A DNA stretch of 62,036 nt, filler included. It is 6 parts of 6 records of this genome, joined end to end, with 100 filler letters (N's around TTAATTAATTAA, not from the genome) between each part and the next. Parts side by side here need not be neighbours in the genome. Positions count along the whole stretch, not along the records: positions 30,167 to 42,216 come from DRR378314_2688; positions 42,317 to 51,459 come from DRR378314_2698; 4 more parts are not named here. One strand, written 5' to 3'. Each line of letters opens with the position of its first letter. Position 1 is the first letter of the stretch. Of this stretch, positions 39,193 to 50,027 are shown piece by piece. A model generated the notes under the pieces. That model was not told where the DNA came from, ran no database searches, and saw only the letters and a program-made list of their open reading frames with translations. The position numbers were made by a program, and so were the translations under genes.

Positions 39193-39918
39193 ATGAATGC
39201 TAAAGTCAGACTGTATGTAGATCACCCCTTGGGGGCAGGGCAAACGGTTCCTCTGGACCGTGATCAGGCGCATTATCTCTTTGGGGTGATGCGGCTGGCC
39301 GTTGGCGCGCGGGTGGCGCTGTTCAACGGGCGCGACGGGGAATGGCAGGCGGAGGTGGCCGAGGCGAGCAAGCGCAGCGGCGTGCTGAGCTGTGTGGAAC
39401 AGTCCAAACCCTTGCAGATGCCGCCCGACCTCTGGCTGATCTTTGCTCCGATCAAGAAGGCACGCACGGATTTCATCGTCGAGAAGGCCGCCGAGATGGG
39501 GGCTGCGCGAATCTTGCCGGTGGGGACGGAGTTCACCAACTCCGAACGAATCCGCCAGGACCGCCTGCAGGCCCATGCGGTGGAGGCCGCAGAGCAATGC
39601 GGCGGCACCTATGTACCAGAGGTCGCGGATCTGCAGAAGCTCTCCGGCCTGCTGGATCACTGGCCCGCCGAACGTCAGCTGATGTTCTGTGACGAGGCCG
39701 AGGTGGGGCAGCAGTTGTTTCTGGATGTGACACAGGGCGAAGGTCAGGCCTGGGCGATTCTCATTGGCCCGGAGGGCGGGTTCTCGCCCGCCGAACGCAA
39801 GCGCCTGCAGGGAATGGCGCAATCGCATGTGGTCAGTCTCGGCCCGCGCATCTTGCGGGCGGATACCGCCGCAGTGGCCGCGATGACCCTGTGGCAACAG
39901 AAATTCGGAGACTGGTAA
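39193..39918 (+). CDS. rsmE: 16S rRNA m3U1498 methyltransferase
   Basis: HYLFGVMRL, EKAAEMG, EAAEQC, IGPEGGFS, LGPRILRADTA. Confidence 0.96.
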   Translation: MNAKVRLYVDHPLGAGQTVPLDRDQAHYLFGVMRLAVGARVALFNGRDGEWQAEVAEASKRSGVLSCVEQSKPLQMPPDLWLIFAPIKKARTDFIVEKAAEMGAARILPVGTEFTNSERIRQDRLQAHAVEAAEQCGGTYVPEVADLQKLSGLLDHWPAERQLMFCDEAEVGQQLFLDVTQGEGQAWAILIGPEGGFSPAERKRLQGMAQSHVVSLGPRILRADTAAVAAMTLWQQKFGDW

Positions 39919-39919
39919 G

Positions 39920-40786
39920 ATGTGGCGCGCCGCAGAGCCTTCTGACCTCGGTTGGATCGAGGCACTGCTGTTTGCCCATATCGAAGGGTCGATGTTCCTG
40001 ATCGGCAACCTGCGCACCCACGGGTTTGCGTCGAGCCATCCTAATGGGCTGACCCTCTGGGCGCGGGAGGGGCGGGACGGGGTGTTTGGCATCACCAACG
40101 CAGGCTCGGTCCTGATGATGGCACCGGGCTCTACGTCAGAAGACTGGCATGCTGCGGGCCAGCTATTGTGCGGGCGCGACGTGACGGCGGTGCTGGGCAA
40201 TGCCGCGCAGGTGCGGGGTTTTCTGGCCGCCAATGGCCTGCAGGATCATCCACGCCAGCTGGACAGCGATGATCCGGGCTTTGTGCTCGACATGGAGGAT
40301 TTGCGGGTCGAGGTCCGCGCCGGGGAGGACATCATCCCTCTGGGAGATGCGCCGCGCGCCCTGGTCGAGGAGTGGCGCACTGCCTATGAGATCGAGGCGC
40401 TGAACATGGCACCGGAGGCCGCCCGCAAAAAGGCCGCGAAAGATATCGCGACCTTCATTGCCAATGACAGCCACCGGGTACTGCTGGCCGAGGGGCAACC
40501 GGTGGCAATGAGTGGTTACAACACCGCGTTTGACGAGGCGGTGCAGGTGGGCGGGGTTTACACGCCGCCGGCGTTGCGCGGCAGAGGCTACGCGCGCCGC
40601 GTCGTCGGTCGGCATATGGCGCAGGTGCGCGCTCGCGGCGCGAGGCAAGCGGTGCTCTTTGCCGCCAGCGCAGCCGCCGCGCGTGCCTATACCGCCGTTG
40701 GCTTCTGCCCGGCAGGGACATTTGCATTGGTTCTGTTTTCCAAGCCTGCGCAGATACGCGCAGCCTCTGTGGAGGGACGCACATGA
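39920..40786 (+). CDS. GNAT family N-acetyltransferase (FR47-like)
   Basis: VQVGGVYTPPALRGRGYAR, AARAYTAVGF. Confidence 0.85.
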   Translation: MWRAAEPSDLGWIEALLFAHIEGSMFLIGNLRTHGFASSHPNGLTLWAREGRDGVFGITNAGSVLMMAPGSTSEDWHAAGQLLCGRDVTAVLGNAAQVRGFLAANGLQDHPRQLDSDDPGFVLDMEDLRVEVRAGEDIIPLGDAPRALVEEWRTAYEIEALNMAPEAARKKAAKDIATFIANDSHRVLLAEGQPVAMSGYNTAFDEAVQVGGVYTPPALRGRGYARRVVGRHMAQVRARGARQAVLFAASAAAARAYTAVGFCPAGTFALVLFSKPAQIRAASVEGRT

Positions 40787-41310
40787 ATTTTATCCGACCG
40801 GAGGCGCGCGCTGCATTGTGGCGCTGGCGAGAACTTCTGGGAGCTTTGGCTCTGTTGGCGCTGGGGCTGCGCTGGGCGCTTGCTGGTGTTGGTTTTATCC
40901 AGATGACCGGCTGGGCCTGTGTCGCCCTAGCGGTGATTCTCGGCGTGGTCGGCGCGCAGAGGATGCGCTTCCGGCTCGGCTCAGGTGGGCCGGGGGTGGT
41001 GCAGGTCACCGAAGGCCAGATCAGCTATTTCGGGCCTCTTACTGGCGGTGCGGTCGCCCGTTCAGAGATCGAAACGCTACGGCTCGATCATACCGCACGG
41101 CCCTCGCACTGGGTGCTGGAACAGCCCGGTCAGCCGCCGCTGGCAATCCCGGTCACGGCAACCGGAGCGGAGGCGCTGTTTGATGTCTTTGCCAGCCTGC
41201 CGGGGTTGAAAACAGAACGCATGCTGAGTGAACTACATCACAAAGGTCCTCACCAGGTCGTGATATGGCAGAGATCACCGGAGCCGCGCAGCCTGCACCG
41301 CCTACATTGA
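40783..41310 (+). CDS. Conserved hypothetical membrane protein
   Basis: Two TMs, GPGVVQVTEGQISYFGP; ATGA overlap with the upstream gene. Confidence 0.7.
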   Translation: MNFIRPEARAALWRWRELLGALALLALGLRWALAGVGFIQMTGWACVALAVILGVVGAQRMRFRLGSGGPGVVQVTEGQISYFGPLTGGAVARSEIETLRLDHTARPSHWVLEQPGQPPLAIPVTATGAEALFDVFASLPGLKTERMLSELHHKGPHQVVIWQRSPEPRSLHRLH

Positions 41311-41335
41311 CACCGGGCGCGTTTCGCAGCACCAG
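41307..41335 (+). promoter_or_regulatory. Candidate sigma70 promoter for gshA
   Basis: Perfect TTGACA at 41307-41312; weak -10 element 17 nt downstream. Confidence 0.3.
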
Positions 41336-41412
41336 TTTAACCTCGGGCTTCGGGCCCTTTGTCAGAAATGCCACGCCTGCCTTTGGCGGCGACCTACGAA
41401 GGGGGCCTACCC

Positions 41413-42216
41413 ATGTCCATTCCCCAGTCCGGCGGCGGACCGATCGAAAGCCATGCGCAGCTGGCGGAATATATGGAAGCTGGCTGCAAGCCAAGCGATG
41501 ACTGGCGTATCGGCACCGAGCACGAGAAATTCGGCTACTGCAAGGACACGCTGGCGCCGCTGCCTTATGCGGGGAAACGCTCCATCCAGGCCGTGCTGGA
41601 AGGCCTGCGCGACCGTCATGGCTGGGATCCGGTCACCGAGGGCGACAAGCTGATTGGCCTGACCAAGGGTATGGGCAATGTCAGCCTGGAGCCGGGTGGC
41701 GCGCTTGAACTGTCGGGCGCACCGCTGGAGACCATTCACGAGACCTGTGACGAGGTGAACACTCACCTGCGCGAGGTGAAGGACATCGCCGATGAAATCG
41801 GCGTCGGCTTCATCGGTCTGGGCGCGGCTCCGATCTGGCAGCATGACGAAATGCCGCTGATGCCCAAGGGGCGCTACAAGCTGATGAACGACTACATGGA
41901 GCGCGTCGGCACCATGGGGCGGTCGATGATGCGCCGCACCTGCACGGTGCAGGTGAACCTGGATTTCGCCTCCGAGGCGGACATGGTGCAGAAACTGCGC
42001 GTGGCGCTTGCGCTACAGCCGGTGGCCACGGCGCTGTTTGCCAATTCGCCTTTCTTCGAGGGCAAGCCCAACGGCATGAAATCCTGGCGCAGCCACATCT
42101 GGCGGCATCTGGATGATGCCCGCACCGGCATGCTGCCGTTTGTCTTTGAGGACGGCATGGGGTTCGAGCGCTACGCCGACTATGCCCTCGATGTGCCGAT
42201 GTATTTTGTCTATCGC
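41413..42216 (+). CDS. gshA: Glutamate--cysteine ligase (plant-like alphaproteobacterial type), 3'-truncated
   Basis: [45 protein letters not shown]. Confidence 0.95.
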
Positions 42217-42316
42217 NNNNNNNNNNNNNNNNNNNNNNNNNNNNNNNNNNNNNNNNNNNNTTAATTAATTAANNNNNNNNNNNNNNNNNNNNNNNNNNNN
42301 NNNNNNNNNNNNNNNN
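42217..42316. other. Artificial contig linker
   Basis: N-run / TTAATTAATTAA / N-run. Confidence 0.98.
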
Positions 42317-42457
42317 CAGGGCATGCAGGCCGAGGGCGACGAAATTCGATGCGTCGGCCACGCCAATCATGCCAAAGACGCCGCATTCCTCTTTCAGTTT
42401 ATCCTCGTCGCCGGCGTCACGCAGATAGGAAGTGTCAAAGGGGTGTGCGGGGGGCAT
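42317..42457 (-). CDS. purF: Amidophosphoribosyltransferase, N-terminal fragment
   Basis: MPPAHPFD..DKLKEECGVFG..ALGLHAL (propeptide plus Ntn Cys); alternative GTG start at 42481. Confidence 0.88.
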
Positions 42458-42614
42458 GATTTTGCGGGAAATCTTGGGCACGGGTGGGGCTGCTCCGAAT
42501 CCAGTTGGGGACGCACACTATGTAGGAGGATTAATCTCCAGTGTCACCCCGAAGCAGGGCATATGTAAAATTTGTATGAAACGCTCCTGTCGCATTGAGG
42601 CGGGGGAGACAGGA

Positions 42615-43775
42615 TTACGCCCGCCGCCGCCCACTGTCCTTGCCCGGCTGATCGCCGATGTCCTGGCTACGCTTCTGGTTTCCTGATTTTGTCGCATCTT
42701 CAAGACAGTATCCGGGCAGGGAGAACCGTACCATCGCACCGGACTGGATGGGTAAATTTTGCGCCTTCAACGTGCCGCCGCGTGCAGAGATCAGCCGTTT
42801 TACTGCAAACAGGCCATATCCGCTTTCTGCGCGAAACTGACTGTTGTTCATCACCTTCAAGGCATCTGATGAAAAACCCATGCCATTGTCGGTAAGCGTC
42901 ACTTCCAGCATGCCCGGATCACCCTGACGCACGTCAATTTTGATTTTCATCTTGTCGCGGTGCCCGTGTTTCAGAGCATTCTCAATCATATTGCAGAGGG
43001 CGATTTGCATGACCGTGCGATCAGTGCTGAGTGTGGACATGGAGCTTGTGACAGTGTGAACCTGCGTGGGATCAAGTGTCGCGCAGATGTCATTGCACAG
43101 TGTGGCAAAGTTAAAGACCGTATGCGGGTTTCGCTCGGCGGCGACCTCTACATGCTGCAATACTTCGGTCACCAGATCCATGGTTTTTGCGGCGATCCGT
43201 TCCAGCGTTTCCAGCAGTTCAATATTGCCGATGTCCTGTTCTGCCAGATCGTCGCGCAGTAACCCGGCAATGGCGGAAATCTGACGCATGGGCGCGCGCA
43301 GATCATGGGCTGCCATGGCAACAAACTGCTCCATCTCGGTGGCAAGGGTGTTGAACTGAACCTTAGCTTCCTGAGCGTTTTGCTCTGGTGTCAGATCGGT
43401 GGAGCAGCCGACAAGACGGGTAACCTTACCTTCATCATCCAGGTCGGGGCATAAAGTGGTTCGGAAGCTGCGAGGCATGCCGGCAACGGGCAGATCTAGC
43501 TGATACGACGTCGATACACCGCTGTCGCGCACACCACAGTGAAAGGCATAGGCGGTTCGTCCATAGGCATGGGGGTAAATTTCCTGCGCCGTGCGGCCCA
43601 GAAAATCTGAAATCGGCCGGCCGGATTTGCGAAGGGCATAGTCGTTGATCGCAGCGTAAACCGGTTCACCTGCATCGTTGATGTGAAGGACAAAAACGGG
43701 TGCCGAAATCAGGTCAAAATCGCCATATGAATGCTGAGAAGTCACCAGGTACTCCTTATCGGTGACCTTACTCAT
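42615..43775 (-). CDS. Soluble PAS-domain sensor histidine kinase (orphan)
   Basis: PAS-like INDYALRKSG..FLGRT; H-box AAHDLRAP; NMIENALKH; DNGMGF; GYGL; no TM. Confidence 0.85.
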   Translation of the reverse strand: MSKVTDKEYLVTSQHSYGDFDLISAPVFVLHINDAGEPVYAAINDYALRKSGRPISDFLGRTAQEIYPHAYGRTAYAFHCGVRDSGVSTSYQLDLPVAGMPRSFRTTLCPDLDDEGKVTRLVGCSTDLTPEQNAQEAKVQFNTLATEMEQFVAMAAHDLRAPMRQISAIAGLLRDDLAEQDIGNIELLETLERIAAKTMDLVTEVLQHVEVAAERNPHTVFNFATLCNDICATLDPTQVHTVTSSMSTLSTDRTVMQIALCNMIENALKHGHRDKMKIKIDVRQGDPGMLEVTLTDNGMGFSSDALKVMNNSQFRAESGYGLFAVKRLISARGGTLKAQNLPIQSGAMVRFSLPGYCLEDATKSGNQKRSQDIGDQPGKDSGRRRA

Positions 43776-43786
43776 AGTTCAGCTTA

Positions 43787-43802
43787 GTTAACGAAATATT
43801 AC
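43787..43802 (-). promoter_or_regulatory. CtrA-box-like site upstream of the PAS kinase
   Basis: Minus strand GTAA-TATTTCG-TTAAC, one mismatch to TTAA-N7-TTAAC. Confidence 0.45.
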
Positions 43803-43849
43803 CGTCGCCCCGAAAACCGCCTTTTCGGAAAGGTTTTGCGTCCTGTGGG

Positions 43850-44404
43850 TTACTCGCCGCAGGCCCCGACAAGTGCTTCGTAGCGGGTGGTGATCCAACC
43901 CAGGGCCGCTTCGGGGTTTTGTTCTTCGATCTGGCCAGTGAAGCGTGAAAACACCACGGCAGAGCGGCTTTCGTCAACAATGGTAAATTGTTGGCCGGTG
44001 ATCACGGTTTTGTAGACAAAGAAGGCAATGGCCACCAACAATACGCCACGCGCCACCCCGAAGATAAATCCAAGACCTTGATCCAGCCCGCCGAACACCG
44101 AACGCTGTACAAGAGATGAAAACAGCGGGGTGAACAAAGAGACCACAATCAACGCGATGGCAAAGACGATGGCGAAGGCACCGATGATCGACAATTCGCA
44201 GCTGTCGGCCAGAAATTCACCAACCACAGGGAGTTCGCGCACCAAGGGTTCGACACGCGGGGCAAACAGAAAGGCGAGGATCGCGGCGGCAATCCAGCCC
44301 ACAATCGCCATGCCTTCGCGGACAAGGCCGCGGCCATAAGCCAGCAGGGCAGAAAGGATGATGACCAGCGCCACCACGCCGTCAATAATCGTAAAACCTT
44401 CCAT
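43850..44404 (-). CDS. cvpA: CvpA family (colicin V production) membrane protein
   Basis: IIDGVV..GRGLVRE, LDQGLGFIFGVARG; radA-cvpA-purF context. Confidence 0.92.
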   Translation of the reverse strand: MEGFTIIDGVVALVIILSALLAYGRGLVREGMAIVGWIAAAILAFLFAPRVEPLVRELPVVGEFLADSCELSIIGAFAIVFAIALIVVSLFTPLFSSLVQRSVFGGLDQGLGFIFGVARGVLLVAIAFFVYKTVITGQQFTIVDESRSAVVFSRFTGQIEEQNPEAALGWITTRYEALVGACGE

Positions 44405-44434
44405 CTTTTTCCTGCCTTTTACCCGAGTGACGCG

Positions 44435-45802
44435 TTATCCCGCGCCGAAAATTTCACCAACAAACCCGGTCAGATCGCTCATTGTATTCAGCGATATGCC
44501 GGACGCAGCTGCGGTTTTGCCACCTGCAGGCGCGATAGCGCTGGTAAAACCAAGTTTTTGCGCTTCTTTCAACCTATTTTCGGTCTGGGTGGCCGGCCTT
44601 AGGGCACCAGACAGGCTGATTTCACCAAAAACCACCGTTTCTGCGGGCAAAGCCGTATCTTCGCGGGCACTGAGTAAAGCAGCGGCGACCGCAAGATCGG
44701 CGGCAGGTTCCGAGATTTTCATGCCACCGGCCACGTTCAGATAGACGTCAAGCCCGGCAAAAGGGATGCCACACCGCGCCTCAAGCACGGCCAAAATCAT
44801 TGCAAGGCGGCCCGAATCCCAGCCAACCACCGTGCGCCGCGCCTGTGAATGGGGCGAAGGGGCAACAAGTGCTTGTAATTCGACCAGCACAGGCCGGGTG
44901 CCTTCTATCCCGGCAAATACCACAGATCCGGCGGCGGGCTGGCCGCGTTCAGACAGGAACAGGGCAGAGGGGTTGGTCACTTCGGCCAGACCTTTACCGG
45001 TCATTTCAAACACGCCAATTTCATCCGCAGGGCCAAAGCGGTTTTTCACTGAACGCAGGATGCGGAACTGATGCCCGCGCTCACCTTCAAAATATAGCAC
45101 TGTGTCGACCATATGTTCGACAACCCTTGGCCCGGCGATGGCACCTTCCTTGGTGACATGGCCAACAAGGATCACCGAAGTGCCGGTGCGTTTGGCGAAG
45201 GCGGTCAATTCATGGCTGGCGGCGCGCACCTGAGAGACGGAACCGGGGGCGCTTTCAACGTTATCTGCCCACATGGTCTGGATCGAATCGATGATCGCCA
45301 GCTGCGGGCGTTCCTTGTCCAGTGTGGTCAGGATGTCGCGCAGATTGGTTTCGGCGGCCAGTTGCACTGGGGCGTCCGACAGGCCAAGCCGCTGCGCGCG
45401 CATGCGCACCTGCGCTGAGGCCTCTTCACCCGAGACATAGATGGTTTTCAAACCGGCTTTGGCAAAATGTGCGGCGGCCTGTAACAGAAGTGTGGATTTC
45501 CCGATTCCGGGATCGCCGCCCACAAGGATTGCAGAGGCGGGAACAAGCCCTCCACCCAGCACCCGATCCAATTCGGTAATGCCGGAGTGGCTGCGCGGGG
45601 GCGGGGCCTCCTCGGTGGAAAGGTCGGTCAGCTGTACTGCAGATCCCCGCCGTGCCCCCAGTGATTTGCTGGGCGGACCGGCAGAGATGCCCTTGTCTTC
45701 CTGAATGGTGTTCCAATCGCCACAGCCGTCACAACGGCCGGACCATTTGGTGAAACTGGCACCACAAGCGGTGCAGGAGAATGTCTTGACGGGTTTTGCC
45801 AT
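44435..45802 (-). CDS. radA: DNA repair protein RadA/Sms
   Basis: C4 zinc finger CTAC..RCDGC, GDPGIGKST, KNRFG, Lon-like C-terminus. Confidence 0.97.
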   Translation of the reverse strand: MAKPVKTFSCTACGASFTKWSGRCDGCGDWNTIQEDKGISAGPPSKSLGARRGSAVQLTDLSTEEAPPPRSHSGITELDRVLGGGLVPASAILVGGDPGIGKSTLLLQAAAHFAKAGLKTIYVSGEEASAQVRMRAQRLGLSDAPVQLAAETNLRDILTTLDKERPQLAIIDSIQTMWADNVESAPGSVSQVRAASHELTAFAKRTGTSVILVGHVTKEGAIAGPRVVEHMVDTVLYFEGERGHQFRILRSVKNRFGPADEIGVFEMTGKGLAEVTNPSALFLSERGQPAAGSVVFAGIEGTRPVLVELQALVAPSPHSQARRTVVGWDSGRLAMILAVLEARCGIPFAGLDVYLNVAGGMKISEPAADLAVAAALLSAREDTALPAETVVFGEISLSGALRPATQTENRLKEAQKLGFTSAIAPAGGKTAAASGISLNTMSDLTGFVGEIFGAG

Positions 45803-45910
45803 GGCGCTGTTGTGGCCCAGCGGGCGGGGGGCGTCAAAGGGAAAAGCAGCGCAGGCGACGCTGCTTTCTTTGGGGGAAAGCGGTCAGAAACTCAGAAAGT
45901 TTCCGCTATG

Positions 45911-46708
45911 TTACTCTGCCGCCTTGGGCTGCAAACCCACCACTGTTTTGTCCAGCGCAGTCTGGTCCGATTTCAGTCGGCTTTCCAGGCCCAGTTCCGG
46001 CAGGATCTCCTGCATTTCGGCGCGCAGCCGGTCCAGCTGTGCCACGGCCACGCTTTCTTCCAGCTCGACTTCATGCACCCAGTGTTTGAGGTCCGTGGTG
46101 ATCGCCTTGGCCTGATCAAGCCGGGTGTTGAACAGGGCGATTTCCTGCTGGCGTTCTTTCAGAAAACTGCGGGCGCGGGCGATTTTTTCATCTGAGTAGA
46201 CTTCAGCCAACTCACGGCTAAGGTGGCTCATCTGGGCGGCAACTTCCAACAAGGCTGGTTCAAGCGTGGAAAGATCAGGATGGTCGCGCAGATAGGCCAG
46301 CCGCTCGCGCACCGCGTCAAACTCCGAACTCAGCCGGAAGGTTTCCGCGCGATCCGCCGCATGCACGGCAGCATAGGCCCGGGCGACATCCTGCATCCCG
46401 ATTGAAAACTGACGGTGAGAGTTTTCCAAGGTCATGATACGGCGGTTGGACGGCAGAAAGAAACACAGCCCAGTGGCCAAAAGGGTCAGACCAATCTGCA
46501 CGTACATCCCGGCGTTTTCCACCGGCTGTCCCCGATATTGCAGCGGGAGATCAATCCAAGACCAAAACCCCAAAGCCGCCATGGCGCTGGCCACAAGAAG
46601 GGCCAATGCGCCAAGCGCAAAAACGAGAAATGCAAGACGTTGCATCATGAACTGGATAAAATACGCAATCGCGCGAACCGTAGACAAAGACATTCCCCCC
46701 GGAAGCAT
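45911..46708 (-). CDS. Conserved roseobacter membrane-anchored coiled-coil protein
   Basis: Two TMs followed by a long helical region; start codon uncertain. Confidence 0.7.
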   Translation of the reverse strand: MLPGGMSLSTVRAIAYFIQFMMQRLAFLVFALGALALLVASAMAALGFWSWIDLPLQYRGQPVENAGMYVQIGLTLLATGLCFFLPSNRRIMTLENSHRQFSIGMQDVARAYAAVHAADRAETFRLSSEFDAVRERLAYLRDHPDLSTLEPALLEVAAQMSHLSRELAEVYSDEKIARARSFLKERQQEIALFNTRLDQAKAITTDLKHWVHEVELEESVAVAQLDRLRAEMQEILPELGLESRLKSDQTALDKTVVGLQPKAAE

Positions 46709-46819
46709 CTATCGGCAAGTTTATGCCCAAAACGAAGATTTTGCATAAAAAAAGTCGAAAACAGGGCGTAAATCACGAAAACTTGCTACAAATATCACAT
46801 TCTGGCTGCGGCGCGTTTC

Positions 46820-47290
46820 CTATTCTTCGTCAATCGGTGTGGTCTCTTGGGATTGTTGCGTTTTCCAGCTGACCCAGAGCGAGGCGAGAATGCAGGCCGT
46901 GAACAGATACAGCCCCCAAGCGACCTCAATGCGGCCCAATCCGATGCCTTTGGACAGGGTGATATAGAGGGCGATCAGAAAGACATCTGCCATCGCTAGC
47001 TTGCCCAGAACCTGCAGGACGGGCAGGGCGGCGGGCTTTAGCAACTCGAAATGCACCAGCGCCAGCGCGATGGTTTTCAGATAGGGCGCAAAAAGCGCAA
47101 ATAGGGTGACAACCAGCGCCAGAAAGATGTCCGAGGCCCATAGTGATTGCAACCCGGTCAGCACGGAGATTTCGCTAAGCGAGAACAGTGGCAACAACCC
47201 CGCGCGCATCAAAGGGGCCCACCATGCAATCGGGTAGAGCACCAGCAGGCTTAGGTTCAGGAGAACAACTGCCGGGCCGGCGCGGCTCAC
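46820..47290 (-). CDS. Paraquat-inducible protein A (PqiA)-like membrane protein
   Basis: [32 protein letters not shown]; overlaps the alr stop. Confidence 0.8.
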   Translation of the reverse strand: MSRAGPAVVLLNLSLLVLYPIAWWAPLMRAGLLPLFSLSEISVLTGLQSLWASDIFLALVVTLFALFAPYLKTIALALVHFELLKPAALPVLQVLGKLAMADVFLIALYITLSKGIGLGRIEVAWGLYLFTACILASLWVSWKTQQSQETTPIDEE

Positions 47291-48321
47291 GTCAGATACA
47301 CGCGATCATGGCGTGCGCCCAGCGAAGTGAGAATTTCATAACCGATGGTTCCGGCAAACCCGGCCACGGTGTCGACAGATTGATGTAGTCCGATAAGTTG
47401 CAGATGTTCGGGGACTTGCGACAGGCGGCTGATGTCGACGGTGATCATATCCATGGAGACCCGCCCGATGATCGGCACGGGTTGTCCGTCAAAGGTCAAT
47501 GTTGCCCCGTTACCCATGGCGCGGATCAGCCCATCTGCATAGCCCGCTGCAATTGTCGCCACACGGGTTTCGGATTTGGCAACAAAGGCGTTGCCATATC
47601 CGACACTTTCACCCGCTGCCACATCACGGATTTGGATCACCGGAATGTCCAGCGCCACCACCGGCGTGGCATCAATGAACGGTAATCCACCATAAAGCCC
47701 GACACCGGGGCGGGTGACGTCAAAATGGTATTTTTCCCCCAGAAGTATCCCCCCCGTCGCCGCAAGCGACCGGGGCACATCAAGCCCCTGTGTCATCTCG
47801 ATAAAACTATCCAGCTGCATCTGGTTCATCACATGATCAGGTTCATCGGCACAGGCCAGATGGGACATGATCAACACCGGCTGCTGGGCCACGGCTATCT
47901 CGCGCACGGCGGACCATTCGCCGGGCTCCATTCCCAGACGGTTCATGCCGGTATCAAGCTGAATGCCGAAAGGATGGCCCGGCAAGGCTTCCACATGGGT
48001 CAGCAATTGATCGACCGAGTTGATCATCGGAGTCAGGTTGGCAGAGCGGATCATGTCCGAATCCCCGGCCATATGGCCCGAAAAGACGCAGATGTCAGGA
48101 CCGGCCCCAAGGACGCGGCGCAGGGCCACACCTTCTTCGGCGGCAGCCACAAAGAACCCGCGCGCGCCCGCCTTGGCCAATGCCGGACCAACCTTGGCGA
48201 TGCCCAGCCCATAAGCATCTGCCTTGATGACAGCGGCGGTTTCGCAGTTGGTCAGCTTGTTGAGGGCTTGCCAATTGGCGGCGATCGCCGTCAGGTCGAT
48301 CGTCAGGGTCGCGGTTGTCAT
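47287..48321 (-). CDS. alr: Alanine racemase
   Basis: [15 protein letters not shown] lysine, [25 protein letters not shown]; start at MTTATLTID. Confidence 0.96.
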   Translation of the reverse strand: MTTATLTIDLTAIAANWQALNKLTNCETAAVIKADAYGLGIAKVGPALAKAGARGFFVAAAEEGVALRRVLGAGPDICVFSGHMAGDSDMIRSANLTPMINSVDQLLTHVEALPGHPFGIQLDTGMNRLGMEPGEWSAVREIAVAQQPVLIMSHLACADEPDHVMNQMQLDSFIEMTQGLDVPRSLAATGGILLGEKYHFDVTRPGVGLYGGLPFIDATPVVALDIPVIQIRDVAAGESVGYGNAFVAKSETRVATIAAGYADGLIRAMGNGATLTFDGQPVPIIGRVSMDMITVDISRLSQVPEHLQLIGLHQSVDTVAGFAGTIGYEILTSLGARHDRVYLT

Positions 48322-48561
48322 TGTGCAAAGGTCCTGTGGCAGTTGGTAACGGGCAGGGTCGGGGCGGGGCCAAACCTGTGCAAGGCTTACCCAAATCACG
48401 CAAAAGGGACAAGCAGGCCAAGTGCCCTGTGCAAGGCAGCCAGGCCGAGCCGTCAAAATGCCTGCGACGCCGATAGGGCTGATGTGATGTAACGTCACCG
48501 AAACGATGCTTGCCCTGAGGCAATCCCCGCGCAAGGCTGCGGCCAACCTGAGGAGGAAAAC

Positions 48562-49884
48562 ATGCTGAAGACATCTTTGAAGAGGGCACCGCTTGCCGCG
48601 GCGCTTGGCCTTTCTGCAACCGCGGGCCTTGCTGAAAACCGCATTGATACCCAATTGCCCACCGCCCCTGAACTGGCCGCCTATGGGGCGCTGCCGGTTG
48701 GGGTGCGCCAGTTGGAAATGGTGAATCCCGGTCAGATCGACATTCTGTCTATTGATCCGGAAGCGGATAAACCGGCAGAGCTGCCGACCTATGACCGTCC
48801 GTTGACAGTGGAAATGTGGTACCCTGCGGCTGAAGGCGCGTCGGGGGACACCACATTCAAGGCCTATCTGCGCGATGGCACCACCGAGGTTTCCCTGACA
48901 GGCCGCGCCATGCGCGATGCCACCCCGGCAGAGGCGGCGGGCTATCCGCTGGTGCTGATCAGCCATGGCTATCCCGGTAACCGCTTCCTGCTGTCGCATC
49001 TGGCGGAAAACATCGCTTCAAAAGGGTATGTTGTGGCCTCGATTGATCACACTGACAGCACCTATCGCACGCAGGCGGCCTTTGGTTCTACGCTGGTGAA
49101 CCGTTCGCTGGACCAGTTGTTTGTGCTGGAGGAAATGGCAAAGCTGGCCGCGGATGGTGGTGAGTTCGCTGGGTTATATGACGCGGATAACACTGGGCTG
49201 ATCGGCTATTCCATGGGCGGTTACGGGGCAATCATCACGGCAGGTGGCGGTGTGACCGAGGCCTCTGTTGCCTATCCCTGGGGGGGACCGCATGGTACAT
49301 TGGGCATCCATCAGGCCGGCAGCGAAACCCATAAGGCATTGCCGGACCCGCGGATCAAAACTGCCGTTGCCTTTGGTCCCTGGGGGATGAACACGGGGTT
49401 CTGGGACGCCAAGGGGCTGGCCGGTGTCGGCATCCCGATGTTGTTTATCGCAGGATCACAGGATTCCGTATCGCTCTATGAAAAAGGGGTGCGCGCGATC
49501 TGGGAAAACGCATCTGCGCTACCGCATGCGCTGTTGACCTTTGAAAACGGTGGTCACAACACGGCGGCCCCGATGCCTGCCCCTGCCGAAAGCTTCTATT
49601 TCAACGAAGACAAGGGGTTTGACATCTCGTCCCACTATACAGACCCGGTTTGGGACACGGTGCGCATGAACAATATCGCACAGCATTTTGTGACCGCCTG
49701 GCTGGATCGCGGGTTGAAAGCGGATGCCGACAAAGGGGCCTATCTGGAGTTGATCGAAAACTCCAATGATGGTGTCTGGTCAATGAATGAGGATGGCACA
49801 CCCAAAGAAGACCACACTGCTTGGAAAGGCTTTGCTGAAGGCACGGCAATTGGCCTGCGCTATGAGGTTAAGTCGGTGGACTGA
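48562..49884 (+). CDS. Secreted alpha/beta hydrolase (PAF-acetylhydrolase / dienelactone hydrolase-like)
   Basis: Signal peptide, [15 protein letters not shown] nucleophile elbow, GSQD, GGHN; GAGGAGG RBS. Confidence 0.88.
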   Translation: MLKTSLKRAPLAAALGLSATAGLAENRIDTQLPTAPELAAYGALPVGVRQLEMVNPGQIDILSIDPEADKPAELPTYDRPLTVEMWYPAAEGASGDTTFKAYLRDGTTEVSLTGRAMRDATPAEAAGYPLVLISHGYPGNRFLLSHLAENIASKGYVVASIDHTDSTYRTQAAFGSTLVNRSLDQLFVLEEMAKLAADGGEFAGLYDADNTGLIGYSMGGYGAIITAGGGVTEASVAYPWGGPHGTLGIHQAGSETHKALPDPRIKTAVAFGPWGMNTGFWDAKGLAGVGIPMLFIAGSQDSVSLYEKGVRAIWENASALPHALLTFENGGHNTAAPMPAPAESFYFNEDKGFDISSHYTDPVWDTVRMNNIAQHFVTAWLDRGLKADADKGAYLELIENSNDGVWSMNEDGTPKEDHTAWKGFAEGTAIGLRYEVKSVD

Positions 49885-49960
49885 TTTCACGCCCTTTGCA
49901 CGGTCTCTTTTCAGTAAGGTGAGCTGTGCGACGCAAATCCATGAGATACCATGGCTTTCC

Positions 49961-50001
49961 AAAGCAAAACCTCTGCCCGGTCTAGGCAGAGGTTGTTTTT
50001 T
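49961..50001. terminator. Bidirectional terminator between the hydrolase and dnaB
   Basis: A-rich run, AACCTCTGCC-loop-GGCAGAGGTT, T-run. Confidence 0.8.
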
Positions 50002-50027
50002 GTCCTGTGGAGAAAATCAACCTGTGG

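Noticed and set aside
38218-40233. Apparent 671-aa UbiA with a long N-terminal extension
   Set aside because: The extension is antisense to rsmE and the GNAT gene; homology starts near 39180.
47287-48999. Apparent 570-aa alanine racemase fusion
   Set aside because: The extension overlaps the hydrolase gene on the other strand; Alr begins at 48321.
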